A DNA stretch of 64,000 bases from Candidatus Micrarchaeota archaeon. Its GTDB lineage: Archaea > Micrarchaeota > Micrarchaeia > Anstonellales > Bilamarchaeaceae. Location of the stretch: contig JBDRLQ010000023.1 of the NCBI GenBank assembly GCA_043812915.1, forward strand, positions 10,810 through 74,809, in the 5' to 3' direction. The notes under the pieces were generated by a model. The model saw nothing but the letters and a program-made list of their open reading frames with translations, was not told the origin of the DNA and did not search any database. How positions within the stretch are numbered: the first letter of the stretch is position 1; each line of letters starts with the position of its first letter. Shown here piece after piece: positions 19,701-29,000 of the stretch. The position numbers and the translations under genes are program-made.

Positions 19701-20828
19701 ATGTCTATTAGTGCAAGCTTGGCAAAAGAGTGCGTTCCCGGCCCCAATGGGCTCGGAGCTGCCGCCAAAAGGCCCGTAGCCCGCTGCAAAGGCGGAGAGG
19801 CGCTCCGATGCCGCAAGGGCCGCAAAAATACCAAACCCCCCCTCCTGCCGATTCTTGATTCTAACCATCCCCCGGCGAATCTTCGGGACCCTGGACTGCT
19901 CAAAGAAATTCTGGCAACCGCCGATGCTGATTTACACTCTCTTCCCCTTTCCAAAATCAGGTCGGTGCATATGAAGCATCCATTGTTCACTGGCACCCTG
20001 CTAACCCTCATGCACAAGGTCTTCGGGATATCTCATACTGCGGAGAGCCTCCTCAGCCATAAGGAAGACGCATACATGTTCCTGTGGTATGTCTATGAAG
20101 ATGAGCGAATCGCATTCGATGGCAGCCTTACCATGGGCGAGATGGAAAACGGTTTCGTTGGCAAAGCCTCCACCTCCAGGCGGCCCGACAGGGACTATGA
20201 GCTGCTGAGCCTGGCGATGAATGTCCACAGGGCCCTGGAGACCCTAACTTCCAGGGAGCAGATGGTGCTTGAAGGCAGGTTTGGCGGTGGCGCTACGCTG
20301 CAAGAGCTGGCAGATGAATTTCACATAACCCCCGAGAGAGTGCGGCAGATTGAGTCAAAGGCCTTGAGGAAGATGAGGATGCGGGAGCGGGCCGCCCTCA
20401 TGGAGCCATTCACCGAGGACTTCCAGGAAGCCCCGTTCTACCAGGGCCATGCATATTCATATACACCGGTTCTTATCAGGCGCTACATCCCTGAAATTGT
20501 GGCGGTCTCGGAATTTGCACTAAACGGCCCACCCGAAGGAGAAGCGCTCCTTTCGCTTTCGCTGGAGATATCCGCGCTCTGGCGCAAGCTCCATGAAGAG
20601 ATGCCTGAAATCAACCTCGGGTTCCTTGAAAACTGCGGCTTTATCGGAATTTCAGAGGAAATGGGAAAAATCCGGAAACCTGGGCTGAGTGACGTGAAGG
20701 GATATCTCCTCCGCTCCATCATGAGGCGCTATCCTGGATACGCAATTGCCCGGCTGGTTGTGAAGCATGAAGTTGGCCTTAGGGATGAGCATTCCCAGAC
20801 TGACCTTGCCAGCTGGGAAGAGTATTAA
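19701..20828 (+). CDS. Protein containing a sigma-70 region 4-type HTH
   Basis: ALETLTSREQMVLEGRFGGGATLQELADEFHITPERVRQIESKALRKMR. Confidence 0.8.
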   Translation: MSISASLAKECVPGPNGLGAAAKRPVARCKGGEALRCRKGRKNTKPPLLPILDSNHPPANLRDPGLLKEILATADADLHSLPLSKIRSVHMKHPLFTGTLLTLMHKVFGISHTAESLLSHKEDAYMFLWYVYEDERIAFDGSLTMGEMENGFVGKASTSRRPDRDYELLSLAMNVHRALETLTSREQMVLEGRFGGGATLQELADEFHITPERVRQIESKALRKMRMRERAALMEPFTEDFQEAPFYQGHAYSYTPVLIRRYIPEIVAVSEFALNGPPEGEALLSLSLEISALWRKLHEEMPEINLGFLENCGFIGISEEMGKIRKPGLSDVKGYLLRSIMRRYPGYAIARLVVKHEVGLRDEHSQTDLASWEEY

Positions 20829-21157
20829 TCCTGCCCCGGAAGCTCGCTTAGCGCCTGCTGCATGCTCTTCCTATATATCTCAAATGCCCGCCTTCCCTTC
20901 TTTGTGAGCCTCAGCATGGTATGCGGCTTCCTGTCCACGAACTCCTTACTGATTTCAACGTATCCAGCTTTTTCCAATTTGCTTAAATGAGAAGAGAGGT
21001 TGCCCCATGTCAGTTCCGTCTGGTTCATGATGAAAATGAAATCAGCTTCCTCAACAACGTAAAGGTATGACATTATGGAATACCTGGCAGGCTCGTGTAT
21101 GAGCCTATCTATCGCATGGGGCCTTCCCGCTCCTCTCTTTGCTTTCGTCTTACTCAT
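20825..21157 (-). CDS. Winged-helix transcriptional regulator (HTH_34/MarR-like)
   Basis: IDRLIHEPARYSIMSYL...LTWGNLSSHLSKLEKAGYV...LTKKGRRAF. Confidence 0.9.
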   Translation of the reverse strand: MSKTKAKRGAGRPHAIDRLIHEPARYSIMSYLYVVEEADFIFIMNQTELTWGNLSSHLSKLEKAGYVEISKEFVDRKPHTMLRLTKKGRRAFEIYRKSMQQALSELPGQD

Positions 21158-21749
21158 TATGTTTCTCCTTTGCAATCGGGTATTTCCGCAGGAACATTAT
21201 TAGCTGTGCGATTCCCCCTGCCAATATCAGCACTCCCGGAATCAAAAAGTACTCTGCCCTGCCGATGTCATAGAACGGGCCTCCGATGAAGGAGACTGCC
21301 ATAACTCCGGCGTATATGTAGAACCTCCGGAGCTGCTTCCAGTACGCAACGGCCGCCATTAATAGCGCGCCAAGAAGCCCGATCACAACCAGCGGCAGGT
21401 CCTTGATTTTCATCAGCTCTTCAGTTGGCAGCATCGTCCAGGCAAGGAAGAATAGCATCCCAAGGAGTGCCGTTGCGGTGAAGAAGAGGGTGAAGTATCT
21501 TTTTTCCTTCCGTATCCTCTTCTGCCTCTCCTGCCCGAATTTTACAAGCCCCATACGCGGGACAGTCACTATCTGCTTTGCCGCAAAGTATACTGACACT
21601 CCGCTTGCTGCCATGATGGCCGGCAGCACGCCCATGTCGAACATTATCGCCCCTGCCCAGCTAAGCACCAGGATTCCAAGGCCTATGTCCAGCAGCCCGT
21701 CCTGGTGGTATGACAGATACGCCTTCTTCTCAACTTCATTCATGTCCAT
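21150..21749 (-). CDS. Membrane protein, paralog of the upstream gene
   Basis: EKKAYLSYHQDGLLDI, PRMGLVKF and FLRKYP; about six TM segments. Confidence 0.8.
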   Translation of the reverse strand: MDMNEVEKKAYLSYHQDGLLDIGLGILVLSWAGAIMFDMGVLPAIMAASGVSVYFAAKQIVTVPRMGLVKFGQERQKRIRKEKRYFTLFFTATALLGMLFFLAWTMLPTEELMKIKDLPLVVIGLLGALLMAAVAYWKQLRRFYIYAGVMAVSFIGGPFYDIGRAEYFLIPGVLILAGGIAQLIMFLRKYPIAKEKHNE

Positions 21750-22395
21750 GCTTTTCACCCCGGATTATCGGATATTTCTCCAGGAACTTCAGCAGGTATT
21801 GCACGCCAAATAGCAGCACCGCGAGCCCCGCTATGCTCATGCCGACATCCCCTGGCAATTCACCTGCGCCAAAAGCCCTTGCACTCTCCCCAAGGAACAT
21901 GCTAAGGCCAAAGAGAGTCGCAATCACATACATCCGCTCGAACTTCAGGAAGAATCCGATCAAGACAAGCGGGATGAAGACTATGAGGGAAATCATCAGC
22001 GGCCCGAGGAACAGGTCCTCAATGCTACCTTGGGAAGGGTGGAACCCGCTGCTCCCGAGGTACCAGAGCCCGGCTGTTGCCACAATCGAGACGACTATGA
22101 GTATCGATAAGGCAAGCTTCGCAAATGCCATCTTCCTCATCCTCTCAGGGCTGAATTTTACAAGCCCGATTCTCGGCCTTACAATTAACGCTTTGCCTGC
22201 AACCAGAACAACTATCGCAAGCCCGGGAAACAGGAATGAGACAATCATTTCCGGAAGCCCCAGGGATTCGAATATATTGCGGACATAGGAGCCGATTCCC
22301 ATGCCGAGCAGCATCATCCCGAAATAGATGTCCCAGAGCCCGTCGTCGAACATTGACAGGTACACCTTCTTCTCGAGTTCTTTCATGTCTTCCAT
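21736..22395 (-). CDS. Membrane protein, tandem paralog
   Basis: EKKVYLSMFDDGLWDI, PRIGLVKF and FLEKYP; GAGGTGA RBS. Confidence 0.8.
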   Translation of the reverse strand: MEDMKELEKKVYLSMFDDGLWDIYFGMMLLGMGIGSYVRNIFESLGLPEMIVSFLFPGLAIVVLVAGKALIVRPRIGLVKFSPERMRKMAFAKLALSILIVVSIVATAGLWYLGSSGFHPSQGSIEDLFLGPLMISLIVFIPLVLIGFFLKFERMYVIATLFGLSMFLGESARAFGAGELPGDVGMSIAGLAVLLFGVQYLLKFLEKYPIIRGEKHGHE

Positions 22396-22443
22396 GAGCG
22401 TTTTCACCTCTCAATAATCCTATTCGCATTATCTCCTTTTAAT

Positions 22444-22460
22444 ACTTTGCAGTGCAAAGT
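22444..22460. promoter_or_regulatory. Perfect palindrome ACTTTGCA-G-TGCAAAGT, probable operator of the downstream winged-helix regulator
   Basis: 8-bp arms with a 1-nt spacer, plus an extra CTTTGCA half-site at 22462, upstream of the three-gene operon. Confidence 0.6.
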
Positions 22461-22535
22461 TCTTTGCACAATTGAATTATTCAGTTGTAGAACCTATATA
22501 TTAATGTTTATATACCTTGCCTGAGATATTTCCCC

Positions 22536-23600
22536 ATGCGTATCAGGGTAGCGAAACCCCCCAAAGGCAAGAGGGAGCCAATCTGCGAGGGGGACGAGGC
22601 AAGGGTCAGCAGAATCACCACTGGCAAGTTCAAGGGGCTTGTCGAGAGGCTGCAGCCCTTTAGGCCAGAGCTTTCCCCGATGCAGAAAAGGCATCTCGCT
22701 TTTTGTGATGGGCAGGAGCAGGAACTTATTGTCCCGGGCTTCCCTTTTTCAGTAATGGGGGAGGAGGATACAGTATTCTATTCTACAAAGGTTTCCTACC
22801 ACGTGCTAAAGGCACTGGCCGGCAGGTGCGCATTTTCAATGTTCCCGGAAAATTTCGTCAACACCCATGAGCTGCGCTTCTTCCAGAACAATGATGGGCT
22901 ACAGGCTGCAACATATTCGGATTTTGTCCCTGATGATACCGGAGTAATCGCCAGAATCAAGGCGGTCAAGGAGCGCTACTATGCGGCAATGCGCGATAAT
23001 AATATGGATGCTTCCGAGAGAATCAAGGCCGAACTGGATGAAGCCGAGCTGGTGGGAAACCCCAAGATTGCAGTTATTAGGAATCAGATGGAGGAGCTAG
23101 GGATTTTCCCATCACACCCTGAAGCAAATTATCACCTTAATGGAGGGAAGACAGTATTCTTTGAGATAAACTCCATAGATGCAAGGAAGCTTTTCATCTC
23201 CCTTGCCACCGACCCGAAGCGTTATGAGGAGCAGATGGGGGATTTCGCGTCATTCTTCACGGCAGCGCTCAGGTTCAGCGCAAGCTTTACTGCAGCGCGC
23301 GGATGGATTCCATCAGACCTGCTGGCAATGTCATTCCAGGAGAGCTATAATTTACTGCTGACGCGGCTTCTCGACTGGGCTTCAATAGGGGAGGGGGAGC
23401 TGGCCACTTCATTCGACCTGTCATTGCCGTGCCTGCTCACCTGGAATGCAAGACTCTGGGTTATGAAGGAGCGGATGCGGGGCAATTCTTTTATCTCCCC
23501 TGTGGAGCTTGATGGCGCAATGGAGAGTGTGCTTGGGGACCCTCTTTCGCCCCTGGCTTCTGATTTGGAAAAAACCGGAGAGGATGAAAAAGGTGAATGA
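22536..23600 (+). CDS. Hypothetical protein, possibly a degenerate kinase-like fold
   Basis: 354-aa ORF with a TATA box about 22 nt upstream; weak resemblance in GIFPSHPEANY...TVFFE. Confidence 0.65.
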   Translation: MRIRVAKPPKGKREPICEGDEARVSRITTGKFKGLVERLQPFRPELSPMQKRHLAFCDGQEQELIVPGFPFSVMGEEDTVFYSTKVSYHVLKALAGRCAFSMFPENFVNTHELRFFQNNDGLQAATYSDFVPDDTGVIARIKAVKERYYAAMRDNNMDASERIKAELDEAELVGNPKIAVIRNQMEELGIFPSHPEANYHLNGGKTVFFEINSIDARKLFISLATDPKRYEEQMGDFASFFTAALRFSASFTAARGWIPSDLLAMSFQESYNLLLTRLLDWASIGEGELATSFDLSLPCLLTWNARLWVMKERMRGNSFISPVELDGAMESVLGDPLSPLASDLEKTGEDEKGE

Positions 23601-24749
23601 ATGAACAAGCAACGCACGCTAAAGAACGGAAGGATTGAGGACAAGGAGAAGCCTCGATTGCCAACATTCGCGAAGGCAGCATCAGCAATCGGGCTTGGAA
23701 CGCTGCTTTCATCCTGCGCTCCTCTAGTCACTATACTGGAGCCGGATATCGATGCCATCTCTGCAAGCTATATGCAAAAAACCAGGATTCTGTACTGCCC
23801 TGGAGAGGAAGAGTGGGAGAGGCTGAAGATACCTGTGGGGTGTGACCTCCGGACCACTGGAATCCTGCAGAGAGAGTACGTTCATGAGGGGGTGGCCTAT
23901 GCGAAGGGCACAGTCTTCCACAACTTCTGGTACAAGACATACGGGACGCTGGCAAGGGATGCTGAGATTATGGGAGTGCTCTTCAAGGGCGGGACCAAGA
24001 ACTTCCGCGACACCCGCGGGGCAGTCGCAGGGACGCTGGCGAAAACAAGCGATATCCATGGGGTGGTATTCGGGGAAGGCGCGGACGTGGAGCTGTTGCT
24101 CTCAACTGTCAAGGGCATCCCGCGCGACCCGGTAGTCGAGATTGGCGGCAGGCGCTATGACGGCACTCAAGGCATTCTCTTTGATGGCGCAAGCAGCATG
24201 GTGCAGGGAATACTCGCAGAGGATACTGAAGTCAACGGCGCAATCATTCCTGAAGGCAGCAAAATCTGGATTCATCCCAATGGCAATCTCCAGAGGACAA
24301 AGCTCTCGGCGGACACGGAGTTCGGGGGGATAATCTTCAATTCAAGGCGAAGCGTCTTCTTCATAACAAGCGGCCCATACACTGGACTTGCGCATTCTGG
24401 CAGCCTTGCTGAGGAAACGCTTATCCAGGGGATAACTTTCCCCGTCGGGACTGGAGTGTCCTTCTGCAGTAAAAGCGGCAGGCTCAGGTCCGCTCGGGAT
24501 TTCAAGCTTCTGGTAATTGACGGAATCAAGTATGAGGACCTCATAGAGCTCTATCCGAGCGGGAAAATCAAGCGGGCAGACCTCGCTGAGCCTGCGGTGA
24601 TTGAAGGCATCAAGGTTTTCGTCGCCGTCGAATATCACGAGAACGGCAGGCTGAAATCCTGCTATCTGGCCGAAGGGCAGAGAATCGGCGAGCTGTTCAT
24701 GCGTGCGGGGACGCGCCTCGAGTTCGACGAGCAGGGACACATCGAGTAG
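23601..24749 (+). CDS. Putative lipoprotein with internal beta-rich repeats
   Basis: Lipobox-like LLSSC; about seven LAxDxxIxGxxFxxG units. Confidence 0.75.
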   Translation: MNKQRTLKNGRIEDKEKPRLPTFAKAASAIGLGTLLSSCAPLVTILEPDIDAISASYMQKTRILYCPGEEEWERLKIPVGCDLRTTGILQREYVHEGVAYAKGTVFHNFWYKTYGTLARDAEIMGVLFKGGTKNFRDTRGAVAGTLAKTSDIHGVVFGEGADVELLLSTVKGIPRDPVVEIGGRRYDGTQGILFDGASSMVQGILAEDTEVNGAIIPEGSKIWIHPNGNLQRTKLSADTEFGGIIFNSRRSVFFITSGPYTGLAHSGSLAEETLIQGITFPVGTGVSFCSKSGRLRSARDFKLLVIDGIKYEDLIELYPSGKIKRADLAEPAVIEGIKVFVAVEYHENGRLKSCYLAEGQRIGELFMRAGTRLEFDEQGHIE

Positions 24750-24795
24750 AACATTTATAAGCACTACCAAACACATAAGTTTCAGAGGTGCTAGA

Positions 24796-25323
24796 GTGAC
24801 TTCCATGCAACAGAAAGCGAAGGGACCAGGAGTAATAGAAAGAATCCAGAGCGGCATTCTCAGGAGAAGAATCAGGAAACTCACCGGTTGGCTAGGGTCC
24901 GGAAACGGCGCCATTCCAGAGCGCCTGATCAGGAAAGTAGGCGCGGATACAATCACAGCTACTGCCCTTGGCGCGTATGCAGGCGGTAACCGGGAGAAAG
25001 CCCTGAAGGCAGTCACGGTCCTTGGGGATGAGGGCATAGAATCTGTCAGGCGCCTCTGTGAAAATAAGAGCGGGGCTGAGAGGGCATTCGCGGTAGAGAT
25101 GCTCGGGCTCCTTGGCTCTGTCAACGATTTTGTCGTAATCTCGGACCTCTATTTCGATGACCACAATGGCGTTGTGAAACAGCGGGCGATATTAGCGGCG
25201 AGCACCCTGGCAGCTAGGTTCCCGGAATCACCTGAAATCGGCTCCTGCCAGAAGATGGTAAACGACGCTCGGGAGAGGAACGGAACAAAGGTCCCGGATG
25301 CTCTTGGCTCCCGGTTCTGTTAG
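24796..25323 (+). CDS. HEAT-repeat-like helical protein
   Basis: REKALKAVTVLG, RAFAVEMLGLLG and VVKQRAILAASTLA; GAGGTG RBS. Confidence 0.6.
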   Translation: MTSMQQKAKGPGVIERIQSGILRRRIRKLTGWLGSGNGAIPERLIRKVGADTITATALGAYAGGNREKALKAVTVLGDEGIESVRRLCENKSGAERAFAVEMLGLLGSVNDFVVISDLYFDDHNGVVKQRAILAASTLAARFPESPEIGSCQKMVNDARERNGTKVPDALGSRFC

Positions 25324-25343
25324 CTTTTTTCTTTGCCGGTAAT

Positions 25344-26054
25344 TTACTGAGCCCCGAACAGCTTTGCAATCTCTTTAGCTCTCGGATGGAATATCCTTGT
25401 CTTCCAGTGATAGTTTGATGTCCTGATGTCAATATGCGGCATTCCGTCCGTTTCCCCATATCTGATTTCCGTTATTGTGAAGTTCCTGCGAAGGCCGCTG
25501 TTAAGCAGGTCCTTCTCCCCACTCGGGTCCAATCCCATGCCCCAGAAATTTATCGAGCCAAAGCTCTGCCTTGTTATGAATATGGAGCCAACCAGAATGC
25601 GTTTGTTCGTGACGGCCACTTCCCTGACCATGCCCCGCCTCCCGCGCTTTACTGGGGGCCATTTTATATGGCAGGGCCTCATCCCGATAACTATGTTCTC
25701 GCCCTCAGCCAAATCGAAGCTCTCATTTGTCTCCAGCCTGAAAAGATGGCTTTCCTTCCATTTCCGGTAGTCCCTCATATAGCCATCAATCCTCTCCTTC
25801 TCCGGAGTTGTTATGAAAATGGCAAGGTCAAATATAGCGGATAAGAAAATGAAGAGCAGGAATGCCCCCAGCATTATCGTAAGCGTCCCTTCTTGGCTGG
25901 CAACCCCCAGAACCGGCCGCATGCCATGTGGAAGCAGCAGATAGGCAATTATCAGGAAGAGTGTCACTGCCGCGAAAAAACGCGGGATGGCATTAAGGCG
26001 AAATCCCCCATTCTCATCATCTGCTGCCGGATAATCCATAATTATCTCCTCCAT
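25344..26054 (-). CDS. Hypothetical membrane protein with two TM helices and a soluble domain
   Basis: Two hydrophobic helices; EVAVTNKRILV resembles PH-like domains. Confidence 0.65.
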   Translation of the reverse strand: MEEIIMDYPAADDENGGFRLNAIPRFFAAVTLFLIIAYLLLPHGMRPVLGVASQEGTLTIMLGAFLLFIFLSAIFDLAIFITTPEKERIDGYMRDYRKWKESHLFRLETNESFDLAEGENIVIGMRPCHIKWPPVKRGRRGMVREVAVTNKRILVGSIFITRQSFGSINFWGMGLDPSGEKDLLNSGLRRNFTITEIRYGETDGMPHIDIRTSNYHWKTRIFHPRAKEIAKLFGAQ

Positions 26055-26064
26055 AAGCTAATTA

Positions 26065-29000
26065 TTATGCCTTCCTGGTCTTCCTTGGGCGTTCTCTCCC
26101 GCCCCCTAGCAATCTGTTCCGGTGCGTCTGCGCAGCCCTTCTCAAGACCTTGAAGTACTTGTCTCCAGCATCCCGAACATCCACTGAAAGCTCCTCAACA
26201 AGCCTCTTGGCATTGGCCTCCAATCTCTCCGGTTTTTCATCAGGCTTGACAATCTTTGGGTCGAGCATGAATCTTGAAATGACGCTCTGGATGAGCCTTG
26301 CATGGGATATGTGCGCCTCTGCCGGCAGACCGTCAAGCATCTCCTCAAGCACCTCGGCTCCCTTGATTGCAGAGTCTGTCGAATCCTCAATCCTGCTATC
26401 GAGCTTCCTGGATATTGCGGCAATCCCCTTTGCCTCTTTTGGCACTTCTGCCTTCAGCCTCTCGAATCTGAACATCTCCGGGTCTGAGTCCTCCGGGTCC
26501 CTTCCGCTCTTTACAGCAATCAGGTAATAGGCGCTCCTGGTGGCGCCAATCGCCTTATCAAGCACATCCTGCCCCATCGTAGAGCCAATCCTCTCCTGTG
26601 CCGCATCATCAAGCTCAATCCTGCTGTTTGCATCCATCACGATATCGAATCCGAGCTTCCTGAGGCCTTCCTCGAAATCCCCGCAGAATCTCTTTCCGGT
26701 GCTTGCCAGGAGAAGGGAACTTCCTTCCTTTAGCACTCTCCTGGCTTCGGAGAGGATTTCCTTAACAAGGCTCGGATGCTTCCTTGAATGGAACTGGTAG
26801 AGGCTCGAGCACTCGACAAATGAGAGCGAGCCGTCCTTGATTGGGGAATCTGGAAGCATGGCATTTGCCCGCAGCGCATTTCCGGATTCCCTGAGCATGT
26901 CAGGTTCGGCATCTATGTCTATTACTGTCGGCAACTTCTGGTCCCAGTACTCTATCTCGGCTTTTAGATCCTCCAGCGCTCCATGCACTTCTCCTGGCCC
27001 GCTAAGGAAACTGGCACCAATCCCAAGAGCGGGGATATCTCCCTCAATTGAAAGCCGAATTGCGTGGAGCATCAGGAGCCTTGTCGAAAGGTATGGGGCA
27101 ATGTATGCAAATCCTTCGGAATACTTCTTTGCCAGCTCTCCTCCCCAGTTATCGGTGGACATGCTAAGGCGCACAAGCTCTCCGGTGCTCAGGCCGGAGC
27201 TGGCATTTCCAGGGGAGATGTGGAGCTGTCCCATGCCCTCCCCATTTGGCCCGGCAACCTCAGTTTCGCAAAGCTGCAGGCAATCCGAGATTCCGCTGAA
27301 GCTCGTTCCTTTCTTTGCCCCGCTCAGCCTTTCTGCTACTATCGCATATTTCTTTCCGCTTTTGTTCCAGCCTTCGCTCAGTTTCCTTCCAGAGAGGGCT
27401 CTGGAAATCTTCTTTCCGGCCCGGACCGCGTATTCATCCCTCACTTCATGGGCGAATTCCCTGGCGCTCTCGAAATCATCGAACCATCCGACAGCAACCA
27501 TTATCTTAGGCAGCGTATCATCATACCAGGAAGCGCCGTTTGAGCCCGAGAATATGCGCTTTGAGGAATTGACCCAGGATGATAAGCCGCTCTTCTTGAG
27601 CGCTCCCTGTGCCAGGCGCCATTTCTCCTTCCGCGCTTCCTCCAGCGAAGGGAACCTATCAGTAAATGCCTTCTTTGCCTCTTCGATTGTGAAGTTCCCC
27701 TTACTCTCCCAAATACCCTCCATTTTCTGTTTGTAGTTTTCCTCCTTTACTTTGTTTGAAAAATCCCTGGCTTCTTCCAGCGTATCAAACCATCCCGCCC
27801 CAAGCATGAGGTGCGGAAGCACCGTGGGGTACCATTTGCCGGGTTTTCCATTTTCCTCCTTGAACATAGCACCTGTCCTGAAAAACCAGTGCCCGCTCTT
27901 TTCCTTGGCCTTCTTGGCAAGCCTGGAGGGTGAGAGCAGGGCCGGATTCTCAACGACCGCCGCCTTCGATGGGAATTCCTCTGAAAAAGCCTTGTATATG
28001 TCATGCTCATCCATCTTGTCCCGGTCGCGCAGGCTGATTCCGAATTCTAGTGCTTCCTCCATTGTCGCAAACCAGCCGGACCGGAAAGCAAGGGCGGGAA
28101 GGACACTCTCATACCATTTCTTGCTCTCCCCGCCAAATATCCTGACTGCGGGGTGGAACCATTTCCATCTCTTTGCCTCTTTCCCGCCTCCCTTTGCTTT
28201 CTTATGAATCTGGCTCGGGCCTATTGAGGCGGGATTTGCCCGAACCGCCTCCAGAGAAGGGAAACACCTCATGAATGCCTCAACTACCTGCTCTTTGCTC
28301 ATAAGCCCTCTTGCCCGCCGATGTTTTTCATGCCTGCGGACGGATGCGGCGGCCTCTACCTTCTCAACAAACGCCCTGGCTTCTTCCTCACTGGAGAACC
28401 ATCCTGCCTTCAATATCAGCTGGGGCAGCGAATCCCGGTACCAGTCAGCCCTCTCTTCACCCTCGCGTCTAAATATTGTGCGGGCCGAATAGTACCAATG
28501 GCCCTTGTGCAGCCTCTCAACTATCGCAGGCCTTCCAAGGGCCGCAAGGTCTTTTTCTGCTTCCTTAAGAGAAGGGAAATCATTCTGGAATCCCTCCACA
28601 ATCTCATCCATGCCCATTTTCAAAATTTTCTTGGCTGTCTCCTCCGCCCTGCTTTTTATGGAAGCCCTTCGGACCTCTTCAGAGAATTCCCTTGCCTCCT
28701 CAAAAGAGCCGAACCATCCTGCCTCAAGGGCCAGGTTTGGCAGGACCATTCCATACCATGATCCGATGGATTTTCCCTTGGATTTCCTGAATATCGAGCC
28801 GGCTGAATGGAACCACCTCCTTCCCTTGGCATCTTCCAGCTGCCTTACTGCGGACCTGCTTAGGGCTGAGATGTCTCTGCGGGCTTCTTCAAGAGATGGG
28901 AAAGCCTGGCTGAATGCCTGGATGATTTCCTCCTTGCCCATCTTCTTGTTGCGTTCCTTGCTGCTAAACTCCCGAACTTCTGATGCGAACTCCCTGGCCT

